Shown here one piece after another: positions 24,241 through 37,826 of a DNA stretch of 64,000 nucleotides. Source of the DNA: Mobula hypostoma (Eukaryota). The stretch is from contig NC_086097.1 in NCBI RefSeq assembly GCF_963921235.1, forward strand, positions 176,826,001-176,890,000. The letters run 5' to 3'. Each line of letters starts with the position of its first letter. Position 1 is the stretch's first letter. Under the pieces are notes generated by a model that made no database searches, was not told where the DNA came from, and saw only the letters and a list, made by a program, of their open reading frames with translations. The position numbers and the translations under genes were made by a program.

Positions 24241-25807
24241 GCGGCACACCCATAGTTACAGGCCTGTAGTCAGAAAGGCAACTATCTACAACCACTGTCT
24301 TGCTTCATCCATGAAGCCAATGTCTAATCCAATTGTCAGCAAGACCAAGGAGCTGATTGACCTCAGGAGAAGGAAACACGAGGTGCATTAGCCACTACTC
24401 ATTGGTGTATCTGAGACAGAGGGGATCAGCAACTTTAAATTCCTCGGTGTTATCAATTAAGAGGACCTACCATGGGCCTAGCACATAAGTGCAATTACAA
24501 AGAAAACACAGCAATGCCTCTACATCCTTAGGAGCTTACAGAGATTCAGCATGAGACCTAAAACTTAGACAAACTTCTACAGAAGAGTAAAGTATATTGA
24601 CTGGCTTCATCACAGCCTGGTATGGAACCACCAGTGACTGACACTTTATCACAGTGTGTTCCAGATCTGGTGAACAGAATTGGGATGGCACAGCCACATT
24701 TATACATCATGAGGAATTGATCATGAAACAAATACCCCCACCCCCACCCCCACCTTTGGCTTTAAAAGACTCAGCAGTCCCACCTTGATGGTGTATTGTA
24801 AACCCGTCAATCTGAATCACTGCATCCAGAATAAAAATGGTTAACCAAAATGTTATTAAACATAGAATTCAAGCGGTCCTAATGTCCATCTGCTACAGTA
24901 CCCTAGCTCTGAGATCATCCATTTTATTTTCCAGAGACTGTACATTTGCCAGCAAGATAGCAGGCACTAGGAGTCGATAACATCACTTTTTAAATGCACC
25001 ATTAGTCCAGTGTGACAACCTTGTTTTCACAGCCATCTTAAAGGGATAATGCACCAGTGACTGTCCAATCTATTTCCATTGGTTTTAAGCTGCGATAAAT
25101 TGTTAATTGCATTTAGCCCTTCTGATTTCCTGCTTAAGTGTTTTCTTGCATTTCTTATACTCCTCAAGTACCTCATTTGTTCCTGCCTGCCTATACCTGC
25201 TATGCACTTCATTTTTCTTAGCCAGGGACACAATCTCTCAAAAACTAAGGTTCCATAAAACTGTTACCCTTGCCTTTTAGTCTGACAGGAACATACAAAT
25301 TATGTACTTGCAAAATTTCCCTTTTGAAGGCCTCCCATTTACCATGTACACCTTTGCCAGAAAACAAGCTTTCACAATCCACACTTGCATATCCCTTCTG
25401 ATACAATCAAAATTGACCTTACACCAATTTAGCATCTCAGCCCAAAGACCAGACCTGTCCTTTTCCATATTTACACCAAAGCTAATGGCATTATGATCAC
25501 TAGATGCAAACTATTCTCCTACACAAACTCTGTCTCCTGCTCTGCCTCATGCTTTAATAAGAGATCTAGTATTGCATGCTCTCTAGTTGGGACTTCTATG
25601 TATTAATTAAGGTAACTTTCCTGAAATATTTCCAAACTCTTCCTATCCTGGCATTTTACAGCGTGGAGCCTCAGTCGGTATGTGGAAAGTTAAACTCACT
25701 TACTATCACAACCTTATGTTTCTAGCAATAGTCTGTGATCTCTTTACAAATTTACCCCTCTAAGTCTCACAGTCTACTGGATGGGTCCATAATATAATCC
25801 CACTAAT

Positions 25808-26842
25808 GCTTTATACTTTATTGTCGCCAAACAATTGATACTAGAAAGTACAATCATCACAGCGATATTTGATTCTGCGCTTCCCACTCCCTGGATTACA
25901 AATATTAAATATTAAAAATAGTACAAATTAGTAAATATTAAAAATTGAAATTATGAATCATAAATAGAAAGTAGAAAAATGGAAAGTAAGGTAGTGCAAA
26001 AAAACCAAGAGGCAGGTCCGGATATTTGGAGGGTACGGTCCAGATCTGGGTCAGGATCCGTTCAGCAGTCTTATCACAGTTGGAAAGAAGCTGTTCCCAA
26101 ATCTGGCCGTACGAGCCTTTAAGCTCCTGAGCCTTCTCCCGGAGGGAAGAGGGACGAAAAGTGTGTTGGCTGGGTGGGTCGTGCCCTTGTTTATCCTGGC
26201 AGCACTGCTCTGACAGTGTGCGGTGTAAAGTGAGTCCAAGGACGGAAGATTGGTTTGTGTGATGTGCTGTGCCGTGTTCACGATCTTCTGCAGCTTCTTT
26301 CGTCTTGGACAGAACAGCTTCCATATCAGGTTGTGATGCACCCTAGAAGAATGCTTTCTATGGTGCATCTATAAAAATTAGTGAGGGCTTTAGGGGACAG
26401 GCCAAATTTCTTTAGTTTTCTCAGGAAGTAAAGGCGCTGGTGGGCCTTCTTGGCAGTGAACTCTGCTTGGTTGGACCAAGTCAGGTCATTTGTGATATTA
26501 ACCCTGAGGAACTTAAAGCTTTTGACCTGTTCCACTTGCGCACCACCAATGTAAATAGGGTCGTGTGGTCCACTACTCCTTCTGAAGTCAACAACCAATT
26601 CCTTCGTCTTGCTGACGTTGAGGGATAGGTTATTGTCTTCGCATCATGCCACCACGTTCTTAATTTCCTCTCTGTACTCAAACTCATCATTACCGGAGAT
26701 ACGGTCTATAATTGTTGTGTCATCAGCAAACCTATATATTGAGTTTGATGGAAACTTTGCTACACAATCATGGGTGTACAGTGAGTACAGCAGGGGGCTG
26801 AGTAAACAGCCTTGTGGGGCACCAGTGCTCAGAGTGATTGCA
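25808..26842 (-). mobile_element. Rex1/Babar LINE, 5'-truncated, young
   Basis: GAPQGCLLSPLLYSLYTHDC..FADDTT..VDFRR..KAHQRLYFLRKLKKF..PSGRR; tail (ataaag). Confidence 0.93.
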
Positions 26843-28539
26843 GAGCACTGGTGCCCCACAAATGTGAAATGTGGTCATACATTTCACTTTCCACAGTTCT
26901 ACCCATAAATCCTCACTAGACAAACCCTCCAGTCTGTCCTGACTGATCACAGCCATAAAACTTCTCTAACTGGTAAAGCCACCCCTCCTCCTTTAATCCC
27001 TCCTGCTCTATCACATCTAAGAAAAACGGAACCCTGGAACATTGAGCTGCCAGTCCTGGCCCTCCTGCAACCAAGTCTCACTAATGGCTACAATGTCATA
27101 ATTCCACATGCTGACCCATACCCTAAGCTCATCTGCCTTTCCTACAATACTGCTTGCATTGAAATATATGAAGCTCCACCATGTTCAATCTTTTCATTCT
27201 TGCCCTTGTATGTAGGCTTAACAACATGTTTCTCCACAACCATCCCACTATCTCTTCTGCTGCCTTGGTTCACATCCCCTTACAGCTCTAGTTTAAACCC
27301 TCCCACGTACCACTAGCAAACCTCCCACTAGGATATTAGTCCCCCTCCTGCTCAGGTGCAAACTGACCCTTCTGTACAGCTCCAACCTTCCGTGGAAGAG
27401 AGCCCAATGATTCAAAAATCTGAAGCTCTTCTTCCTACATCAACTCCTTAGCCATGTTTTACGTTGTATGATCTTCCTATTTCTGGCCTCACTAGCACAT
27501 GGTATTGGTAGCAATGCTGAAATCACAACCCTGGAGGTCTTGTCCTTTAAATTAGCATCTAACTCCATGAACTCACTTGGCAGGACTTGGTCACCCATCC
27601 TACCCATGTCGTTGGTACTGACACGGACCACGACTTCTGGCTGCTCGCCCTCCCACTTAACAATGCTGTGGACTCGATCCTAGATGTCCATGACCCTGGC
27701 ACCTGGGAGGCAACAAGCCATCTGTGAATCTTGTTTTCATCCACAGAACTTCCTTTCTGTTCTCCTAACCAACAAATCCCCTGTCGCTACAGCTTGTGTC
27801 TTCTCCCCACTCCCCCCACTTCCCGTCTCAGCCACAGAGCCAGATGCAGCGTAAGAGAACTACTTGTTGTGGCATCTCACTGCTAGGTCATCCCCTCCAA
27901 CAGTATCCAAAGTGGCATACGCATTATCGAGGGCAACAGCCACTGTGGTACCCTGCAGTGGCTGCCTATACCCTTTCCCTCTCCTAACAGTCACCCAGAT
28001 AACTGTTTCCTGCAGCTTATGGGTGACTACCTCCCTGTATCTCCTATTTATCACCTCCTCATTCTTCCATATGAGCCAAAGATTATTGACCTGGAGCTCC
28101 ATTTTCTTAACACAGACCCTAAGTAGCTGCAGCTTTGTACACTTTGTGTAGATGTAGTTATCAGGGAGACTGGAGGTCTCCCAAATTTCCCACAATGCAC
28201 ACAAGGGCCATACTACTAACTCTGGACCTATTCTCACCACACTAGCTATGTACTAATAAAAGGCTTACTGCAAACTTACTTACAGCCTGTACCTGTGCTT
28301 GCCAAAGCTGAAACACTGAACTACTCCATTTCTAACACTGGACCACTCCAACAATGGCCACTCCGCTTACTCCTCCTTTCTTTTTATTGGCTCAAACAAT
28401 GACTCACTCCTGATGGGACGTGCAGCTTTCAAATAGCTTCCATGCTGCAAGATGTCGCTTTCTCACTCACTACATCAAACAGTGACTCACTCCCAACGAG
28501 ACCTGCAGTTTTTAAATAGTTCCAGCCCTGCAACTTTAT

Positions 28540-29450
28540 AAGAGACATAGATTGAGTAAAGACTCATAATCTTTTTCCCAGAGTGGAAATGTGTAAGGTA
28601 AGTTAATTACTAAGAGTGGTGAGTGCGTGGAAAGTGGTGCTTAGATAAATGGTACAAGTCAGTGTGATAGCAACGTTTATGAGGCATTTAGACAGATAAA
28701 TGAACAGACAGGGAATGGAGAGGCATTGCTGAGTTCATCCACAAAATTCTGGAGGAACTCTGCAAGTCGGAGAGCATCTATGGAGGGGAATAATCAGTCA
28801 ACATTTAGGAGGGTTATGGTCCACCGGCTCAATCACGCTGGAAGATTGCATGGCAGTTGTACAAGACATTGGTGTGTCTGCATTTTCAATATTATATTCA
28901 CTTTTGGTCACCCTGTCATAGGAAAGATGTCATTAAGCTGGAAAGAATGCAAAAGAGCTTTACAAGCATTTTTCCAGGATTCAACCAAATGAATTAGGGA
29001 GAGGTTTGGCAGGCCTGGATGGTAGGAGACCAAGGGGTGCCCTTATAGAGTTGTATAAAATGATAAGGGGCTTAGGGAAGCCTTTTTTCCAGGATTAGAG
29101 AATTAAGGTCGAGTGGGCGTAAGTTTATGGTGAGAAAGGTAAGATTTAATAGGAACCTGAGCAGCAAGTTTTTCACTCAAAAGAAGTAGCTGATACAAAC
29201 GTATGAACATTAAAACACACTTGGGCAGGTTCAAGAATAGGAAAGGTTTAGAGCAAGGATTCCCAACCTGGGGTGCATAGACCTTTTGCTTAATGATATT
29301 GGTCCATGGCATTAAAAAGGTTGCGAACCCCTGGTTTAGAGGGATATGGGCCAAATACATGCAATCGTGTGTGGTTTAGGTGGGCACCTTGATCAGCATG
29401 GACGAGTTGGGCTGAAGGGCCTGTTTCTGTGCTTTATGACTCCACGGCTC
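28540..29450 (+). mobile_element. CR1 3' fragments
   Basis: FW SPCHRKDVIKLE-type and GALIELYKMIRG-type remnants; 3'UTR gggctgaagggcctgtttctgtgc. Confidence 0.65.
29254..29333. mobile_element. 80-bp hAT (Charlie/Buster-like) MITE
   Basis: TIRs caaggattcccaacct / aggttgcgaacccctg; 8-bp TSD gtttagag at 29246-29253 and 29334-29341. Confidence 0.85.
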
Positions 29451-29571
29451 TACAATCCCACCTAGTTTAGTGAAATCAGTTAGCGTGACATTTGTTTCCT
29501 TTTAGCCAAACCACAGATATCTGTAAGGTATATCTTGAGTATGACCCATCTCTGCAGAATACACATACAGA

Positions 29572-29900
29572 GCACCACAGAGCTCAGCTGGTAGAGCTAC
29601 TGCCACAGGGCTCTGGAGACCTGGGTTCAATCCTGACCTTGTGGTCTGTCAGTGTAGAGATCGGACCTTCTCCCTGTGGGTTTCTCCTGTTCTGTTTTCT
29701 CCCACATTCCAAAGACATATCAATTGGTATGTTAATTGGCTACTGTAAATTGCCCCCAGTGTGTATACGAGTGGAAGTATCTGAGGGGTAGTTGATAGAA
29801 TATGGGATGAATAAGATGCTTCTGGTGTAAATGGGTAGCTGATGGTTGGCACAGACTAGGTGGGCTGAAGGGCCTGTTTCCATGCTGGATCCCTCTGAGC
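29572..29900 (+). mobile_element. HE1-like tRNA-derived V-SINE with CR1-type tail
   Basis: A box agctcagctggt, B box gggttcaatcc, V-domain ctcccacattccaaagac, tail gggctgaagggcctgtttccatgctg. Confidence 0.85.
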
Positions 29901-30209
29901 TAAAGAAGGAAGGCAAGTGCACCGCCTCACAAAGTTACCACTCTCTTCCCTTATCTGCCAGACGTCCCTTGCCCCATTGATGGAAGAGTCATCCTGTTGC
30001 CTCATCAGTCATCTGAGAGCTCAAGACAACCTCAAGAGCAGGCCATTCTCAATCCCGAGAGTCTATCCCAGAATCAGAAGGCTCTAAATCTAAGGGGCTG
30101 CATATAATTTTTCATTGCACCAGTACACACATGTACTGGTCCATATGACAATAAACTCAACTTCAACTCTCGCTTGTGTATGTTCATTTTGTAGACTCTC
30201 TGATATTAA

Positions 30210-31245
30210 TCATAGTCATAGTCATACTTTATTGATCCCGGGGGAAATTGGTTTCTGTTACAGTTGCACCATAAATGATAAATAGTAATATTACTATTAG
30301 TAAATAGCAAATAGCAAATAGCAATAGTCATGGAAATAATAAATAGTAAGAGAATAGTAATAGAAAAATAGTAATAAATAGTTAAATAGTAATATGTAAA
30401 TTATGCCAGTAAATTATGAAGTAAGTCCAGGACCAGCCTATTGGCTCAGGGTGTCTGACTCTTCAAGGGAGGAATTGTAAAGTTTGATGGCCACAGGCAG
30501 GAATGACTTCCTATGACGCTCAGTGCTGCATCTCGGAGGAATGAGTCTCTGGCTGAATGTACTCCTGTGACCACCCAGTACGTTATGTAGTGGATGGGAG
30601 ACATTGACCAAGATGGCATGCAACTTAGACAGCCTCCTCTTTTCACAGACTCTCTCAAGGTGGTGTCTGGAGTCCAGTTCCATCCCCACAACATCACTGG
30701 CCTTACGAATGAGTTTGTTGATTCTGTTGGTGTCTGCTACCCTCAGCCTGCTGCCCCAGCACACAACAGCAAACATGATAGCACTGGCCACCACAGACTT
30801 GTAGAACATCCTCAGCATCGTCCGGCAGATGTTAAAGGACCTCAGTCTCCTCAGGAAATAGAGACGGCTCTGACCCTTCTTGTAGACAGCCTCAGTGTTC
30901 TTTGACCAGACCAGTTTATTGTCAATTCGTATCCCCAGGTATTTGTAATCCTCCACCATGTCCACATTGACCCCCTGGATGGAAACAGGGGTCACCGGTA
31001 CCTTAGTTCTCCTCAGGTCTACCACCGGCTCCTTAGACTTTTTCACATTAAGCTGCAGAAAATTCTGCTCACATCATGTGACAAAGTTTCCTACCGTAGC
31101 CCTGTACTCAGCCTCATCTCCCTTGCTGATGCATCCAACTATGGCAGAGTCATCCGAAAATTTCTGAAGATGACAAGACTCTGTGCAGTAGTTGAAGTCC
31201 AATGTGTAACTGGTGAAGAGAAAGGGAGACAAGACAGTCCCCTTT
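30210..31245 (-). mobile_element. Rex1/Babar LINE, 5'-truncated, young
   Basis: 202-aa ORF VEDYKYLGIRIDNKL..KGQSRLYFLRRLRSF..SFLPVAIKLYN; upstream QKFSDDSAIVG; (gactat)n tail. Confidence 0.93.
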
Positions 31246-32264
31246 GTTATTGTTAACCTGAAGCCACAGACCGATTTACCTCCCTGCCTAATTTTTTTCC
31301 AAAGTTTCCCCTAAGGTAGCTGGTGAAGCATAATATGTTAAGCTATTAAGATTAAATCATAAAAATGTTCAACAAAACATTTGGGCTAATACTTAAAAGG
31401 AAACATTTGCAGACTTGTGGGAAATAATTAAGGAAAGCAAGACTAATTGGAGAGTTTTTTCAAAGAATCAGAAATGGTATGATAGACTGCATAGTGTCAT
31501 TCAAAGGTGCAATCCATAATTCAGCAATTTCTGATGATGAGCTTGAAGTTATGAAGAAGTGAAGTATTGAACTTTCACTGAGTATCTGGCACTTGCAGAG
31601 GTCAAATTGCTAACATACTGATTACAGAACTAGAAGCCTGCGATCATGTTTTATATCTGAGACTAGGATTGTTAAACCACAGTGGTGAATGATGGAGAAT
31701 GCTAACTACCAACTACTACTATCCAATGCCTCAGTAGATTTCTGCAGCTGAAAAAAGTTTCCACCTCTGTTCCTAAATTCCATTCGGCATGTGCTACACA
31801 TTACTGGAGTATGCCTGCTCAGAACTTACCAAATATGGTCCACACAGGCTTTGTTCAGCCTTTGATTTTTGCAAAGCACGATAATGTGCATTCTTTTTCT
31901 GAAAATGAGTTGCAGGCTGGGAGTTCAAAAGAATGAAAACAGCAGGTAGACGGCTGGTAACAATTACACTGTTTGAACTTCACAATAGCTTGCCCGTTCA
32001 TTGTATTAGTGCAGACGTGTTCCATTGTGCTGGGATTCAACCTGTCCTTCAACACAAAGAATTTTCAAGCAGAGAATGGCTAATTGAGTCAAGTGTAAGA
32101 AAATATGTGCTCATCCTTCAAAGTGGGTTTTGAAATTATAGAAAGGGACTCATTTTATGTTCCTTGTCTGGTAGCACAAGTCCTTGAGTCTACTCCAATG
32201 CCTTCCCATCCCACTGCCATGACATTACTTCCGTGTATCCCAGGTATGTGTGCTTGGTCTCCTC

Positions 32265-34135
32265 CTATAGGGTTGTACAGCATACAACCAGGACCTTTGG
32301 CCCAATTGGTCCATGTCGACCAAGATGCTCATCGAAGTTGGTCCCAGTAATAAGTGTTTGGCCCATATCCCTCTAAACCTTTCCTATCTATGGGGTGAAC
32401 TTGTGGAATTCATTGCCACAGGGGACTGTGGAATCAAAATAACTGGGTACATTTAAGGCAGAGATTGATAGGCACTTGATGGTTAAGGGGGTTAAGAACT
32501 AAGAGGATGACTTTGAGAACAGAAAAAAAAAATCAGCAGAGCATAACGCGATGGGCTGAATGGCATAAAACTGCTCCTATATCTCATGGTCTTATGGTCC
32601 AATCCATGTACTTACTCAAATGCCTTTTACATGTTATTATACTTTCATCAACCACTTTCTCAGCAGCTTATTCCATATATTCACCAAGCTCTGCATGAAT
32701 AAGTTGCCCCTCAGATCACTTTGAAATCTTTCCCTTCTCACTTTAAACCTATGCCTCTAGTCTTTGAAAGTGTTCTCCTGAAAATGACTGAGTGCATTCA
32801 CTATCTATGTCCCTCATAATTTTAAGCATCTCTGCAAGGTCAACCTATAGTCTTGTGCTTTCCAAGAAATAAAGTCCCAAACTCTCCCTATAACTCAGGT
32901 CCTTGAGTTCTGCCAACAGTTCTGTAAATTTCCTTTGCACTCTTTCCAGCTTAATGACATCTGATCAAAACTGTACAGTGGTCCTTCTAATGAATAAGCC
33001 TGGTTTCTTTCTCAATCGGACTCAAAAGCTAAAGGACGAACTTTAAAACTATGAGTGGCCTTAATGACATGGACAGGGAGAGAATGCATCTACATGTGCA
33101 CAAGAAGCCAATGGTTTTAGACAATCCCCAAGAAATTTACTATAGAGTTTAGAAGAAACGTCTTTACCCAGAGAGTGATGAAAATGTGAAGCTTACTCTC
33201 ACAGGGCGTGGAGGAGGCCAATAGTCATAAGATGATAGCATCATAGAGATGTTGATCACAGTTTCACGTCCTTCAGTCCATGCTGACCTCCTTGTCCATC
33301 CAACTCACCCAATGCCTATATCCTTCCAGGTCCCGGCTCTCCATGTGCCTATACATTTGCTCCTTAAATGATACTAATATGGTAAATAAATTGGTACATT
33401 GGTTTATTATTGTCATATGTACTGAGATATAGTAGAAAATATGTCTTGCATAATATCCTGACAGTTCACTTCTTTACAACTGTGCATTAAGTTAGTACAA
33501 GGTATTAACAGAGTGCAGAATAAAATGCTACAGTTACAACAATAGTACAGTGCAGTAGACAATAAGGTGCAAGGTCACTAGTTAAATTGCCACTTCAACA
33601 AGACATCATATCGAACTAGGAAACTATCCAATAGTATTACAACAGCAGATTAGAAGCTGCGTCCGAGTCTGTTGGTACAGTGTGTGCTTTCAGACTTTGG
33701 CATAACTTCTGCTTGATGGGAGAGGGGAAAAGAGAGAATGGTCAAGATGGGTAGGGTCTTTGATTATGTTATTGTGTCTGCCTCAACCACTGCTTCTGGC
33801 AGCTCGTTCCATATCTACGTGAAAAAGTTGTCTCTCAGGTCCCTTTCAAATCTTTCCCCTTCAGCTTAAACCCATGGCCTCTAGTTTCAGGTTCTCCTAC
33901 CCTGGATAAAAAGCTGTTAACATATATCTTTTCTATGCCTCTCATATTTCTAAGCACTTCTATAAGGTCGACCCTCAGTCTCCTACTTTCCAAAGATTGA
34001 AGACCTACCCTGGCCAACCTCTCCCTGTAACATAGGCTCTCCAGTCCTGGTAACCTCTTGGTAAATCTTCTCTGCACTCTTTCAAGCTTAAACTCCTTTT
34101 TCTGATAACAGGGTGACCAGAACTGTACCCGGCAT
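32265..34135 (-). mobile_element. Cluster of CR1 3' fragments with nested CR1 and Rex1 tails
   Basis: ORF 33835-34233 VQFWSPCYQK..LERVQRRFTK..RRLRVDLIEV..TRGHGFKL; an opposite-strand CR1 piece at ~32392-32598. Confidence 0.7.
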
Positions 34136-35234
34136 TCTGTGGGTAAATATAGGTGGATGACAAACAATAGAAAAGGGAATAGATAGTCACAAATGAAAAA
34201 AGATGGTCTCAAATGATGCAGAAGCACCCACACAGATTACTTGGGTCCAATGGCCTGATTTACCATTATGGTGAGCCTTTGCAAGACCAGGAGAAACAAA
34301 GCATCAAGATTTACATGGGATCTACTGATCCCATCCATGCAACTACATCTGTCATTTGCCCCTATCCTGCCTGTGATTACTTTGTCATCTCCAGTCTTGA
34401 ATATTCCAAGCACCCTTGCTGGCTTCCCTTATTCTAATCCCCATAAGTCTGTTTATCCAAATTCTGCTGCCCCGTGTCCTAACACATGCCATTATACACA
34501 ATAAAGTTCCATTCTATTCTATAGCAGCTGCTCTGCCTGTGACTGCTCTAAATTAGAGATAAGCACAAGAGATTCCTCGGATGCTGAAAATCTTGAGCAA
34601 CACACACAAGATGCTGGGGATGTCATCAAGTCAGACAGCATCAATGGAGGGGAATACATAGTTGATGGCCTTCATTAGGACTCAGTTGTGGACACAGCTC
34701 AGCACATCTCGGAAAACTGTGTCTGTACATCTCACTGCTTCAGTAAAGCAGCCAGCATAATCAAAAACCCAAGACATTCTCTCTTCTCCATCCTACCGCT
34801 GAGCAGCAGATACAAAAGTCTGAAAGCACATACCTTAAGGTTCAAAACCAGCTTCTGCCCCACTGTTATACGACTATTGAATGGTTCCCTAGTATGATAA
34901 GATCAAATTTATTATCAAAGTATGTCACCCTGAGATTTGCTTTCTTGCAGGCATTTACAGGAAAATAAAGAAATACAATAGAATTTACAGGAAACGGCGT
35001 ACAGTATAAACAAAGACTGACAGACAACCGATGTGTAAAAGGAGACATATGGTGAAAATACAAAAAAATACTGACTACATGAGATGTAGAGCCCTTGAAA
35101 GTGAATCTGCTGGTTGGGGAACTAGTTCAGAATTGAGGTGAATAACATTATACCCATCAGTTCAGGAACCTAATGGCTGTAAGATAACTGCACTTGAACC
35201 TGGTGCTGTGGGACCCCAAGACTCCTGTACCTCC

Positions 35235-36122
35235 TGTTCTGATTGTGATCAATACAGTTTTGGATATAAAAGTCTTGATTCATTTCACAAACAGACAGTC
35301 TCTTGGAGACACTCTTGGTAGAGGCTTCCAAACCCAAAAGTACATCACATTTTTATACCCTTAATGTCAAAGTTAACAGCAGGTTATTTAATGCAGTCTC
35401 AAAGTTGCAATAATGTAATTTACTTCAATATTTTGAATTACATGTCTACTGTGGGATACACCTCTGAATGTTCAACATAACTTTGGCACAGATATTCTAA
35501 AATCTTCTGAAGACAGAAAGCCAGACACCAGAGTTGTTGATTGCAACTGTATCTGTGACCATGTTTGATATGCCAAGTGACAATATCAGTCTGGTCTGCC
35601 AGCTTGAACTCAGTCACAATGGTGTAAATAACTTAGCTATGTTGCCTGGTTTGGCACAAGCCAATTAACACAACCCCATTGTCTTAATGTTTGGCTGATG
35701 CATATGAAATCTCTTAGTCTGTGAGCCAGTGTAACTTCAATTCACTGCTTGCAATTTCCCATAATAACCGAAGAATGATTCTTGTTCAAATGAATATCTG
35801 ATATATTCACATATTGGGTGGTGTAGTAGAGATATGTCTCTGCCAAAGTCATGGGAGCAAGTGGTGGATGGTTGTATGAGCAGCTGGTGCATATTGTAAC
35901 TCCTGGTTATGTGACCACTGATACCAAACAATCTCTGAAGAGTATTGATACACCTATCTTGTAAAGTCACTTGCCAGAGAAAAAGAAATGGTAACCCATT
36001 TCTGTAGAAAAATTTGCCAAGAACAATCATGGTCCAAGATGTCTTATGACACAACATGTAATGATAATGACTACGATGATATTCACTTAACTCAAGAATA
36101 CTCCCTAAAACACCCTCCTCTT
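35235..36122 (-). mobile_element. Putative LTR (TG..CA) preceded by a polypurine tract, with a SINE insert at 35815-36078
   Basis: Minus strand aagaggaggg (36113-36122) then tgttttaggg..; internal gtataaaaa TATA-like motif; ends ..atcagaaca at 35235. Confidence 0.45.
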
Positions 36123-36668
36123 GGCCATTGAACAGAGATCCGTCCCAGGAATGCCAAACCTTGAGGATCTAATTAAGTAGGGCAGCAAAATTGCCCTTCA
36201 CTTTGGATCCCTTCCCCACTGACTAACCTATCATATCCCTATGTTTATCTACATCTACACTATCATCCCTAGCTGGCTATCTACAAGACCAAGCAGAGAT
36301 GGCCATAAAACGCTCAGAAATTTGATCACATCCTCTTCTCCGATATTACTGCCTTCACAATTTTTGATTTCAGCCACTTTAAAATGCAGCTTTGTCATTT
36401 GTGTGTTTGTTGCATCCCTCCCCGTTGGCCTATTGCTCTTTAATCATATCCTCATCTTCACCCCTTCAGTCTCTGATAACTGAAACTATCAGACATAGCT
36501 CTCAGTAGTTACTGTGTGGGCAGGGGGCACCAGCAAGGTAACAATTTTTTTCAGATTCACAGGCAACAGTTCATATTCTATGCCAAAATAATTATCAAAA
36601 TAATCTGAGAAGTCTGCCAGTTCCTTTGAACAATCTACAGGAGGGTTTGGGGTGGGCTGTATTTGAAT

Positions 36669-36981
36669 ATTTATTTACTACTTGTTTGAGATAGAGCACA
36701 GAACAGCCTTCCCAGCTGTTTGAGCTGCACGACCCAGCAACCTCCAGAAACCCAAGTTAACCCTAACTTAATCTCAGGACAACTTACAATAACCAGTTAA
36801 GCTACTAAACAGTAGGGCTTTGGATAGGGGGAGGAAACCGGGGGAGGGGCCAGAGAAAGCCCACTCATTCCACGAGGAGGACGTACAAACTCCTTCCAGA
36901 AGATGCTGGGATTGAACTCCGAGTTCCAACGCCCCAAGCTGTAATAGCGTCATTCTAAGCGCTACGCTACCATAGCACCCC
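36669..36981 (-). mobile_element. tRNA-derived V-SINE, antisense, TSD ttgaat
   Basis: Minus head ggggtgctatggtagcgtagcgctta..gagttcaatccc; V-domain ccggtttcctccc; ttgaat at 36663-36668 and 36982-36987. Confidence 0.8.
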
Positions 36982-37826
36982 TTGAATGTCTGCAAGGGCC
37001 TTACCCTGGCGGGACCCCCTCTCCCCCAGGTTGTCTTTTTGATTGCTGGCCCAACCACTGAAAAGGCCTAGCTCATTTGTGTTCACTCCCCATTTAGGCT
37101 GGGGTGTCTGACTTCAGGCACTGTGTGCAATTTCTTCTCTCTTTCTGTCTGCCTTGCCATCGAGGTTTAATGTCTCTGCCACAACCCAGAATCCCCCCCA
37201 TCTATTTTCGCAGTATCTTTCTATTCTAATCTATATAACTAATCATCTACCTTCCAGAGCCAGCCTTCATTATGAAGTACTGTTCCCATTATATTTCAAC
37301 ACATAATTCACGCTTGCTGTCACGCTCCCTGTGTCTTCTGCACTCGGGTTTCCATTTGCTCATAGGTCTGTTTCAGTGAGGAGGCTGATGGTCATTATTT
37401 AAGTTTCCTGTAATGAGGTTGTTAGTGGGCTGACTCACTTGGTCTGCCTTCTCCCTTTGGTTCTCTATAGTCAGCAACGGTGAACACTCATTTGCATTTT
37501 AGCAGGCACATGCTGAACTTCAAGTGCATTCTACATTTGCAGTCTAGGAGACAGGAATGACCTGAATACTGGCTGCTCATTATATTTATTTAACCTTACA
37601 GAACATTCTTGCTAAGAAAATAAATGTTTCACTTCACTCCACATGTGTTCCAATCCCTCCAAAAATACACTTCAAATTCCCAGTTTGACTATGTACAAAT
37701 CAGATGGTTAGTGGGCTTTGGATATAAGATAGCGCTGGTGACTACTTCTCAGCAGGACACAAAACAAAGAATGCAATTACATATTTTATTACTAATAACA
37801 CTTTTTCTGGTAAAATTTATGGTAAA

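Larger units (their letters stand above)
22620..28525 (-). mobile_element. Long, fragmented CR1 LINE (5'UTR, ORF1 zinc-finger/leucine-zipper plus SGNH esterase, ORF2 APE-RT remnants), interrupted by younger inserts
   Basis: ORF1 LCALWEIWETSSLPDNYIYTKCTKLQLL; esterase CLPGARV..VRVSTNDMG..VVISALLP; ORF2 SEDLWVEL, ISKSADDTKIGG, QMKFNADKCEVLHFG. Confidence 0.85.

Noticed and set aside
29572..29650. tRNA gene
   Set aside because: A/B boxes continue into a V-domain and CR1-type tail, so it is a SINE head without a full cloverleaf
30438..31046. 202-aa ORF as a host gene
   Set aside because: C-terminal part of a 5'-truncated Rex1/Babar LINE ORF
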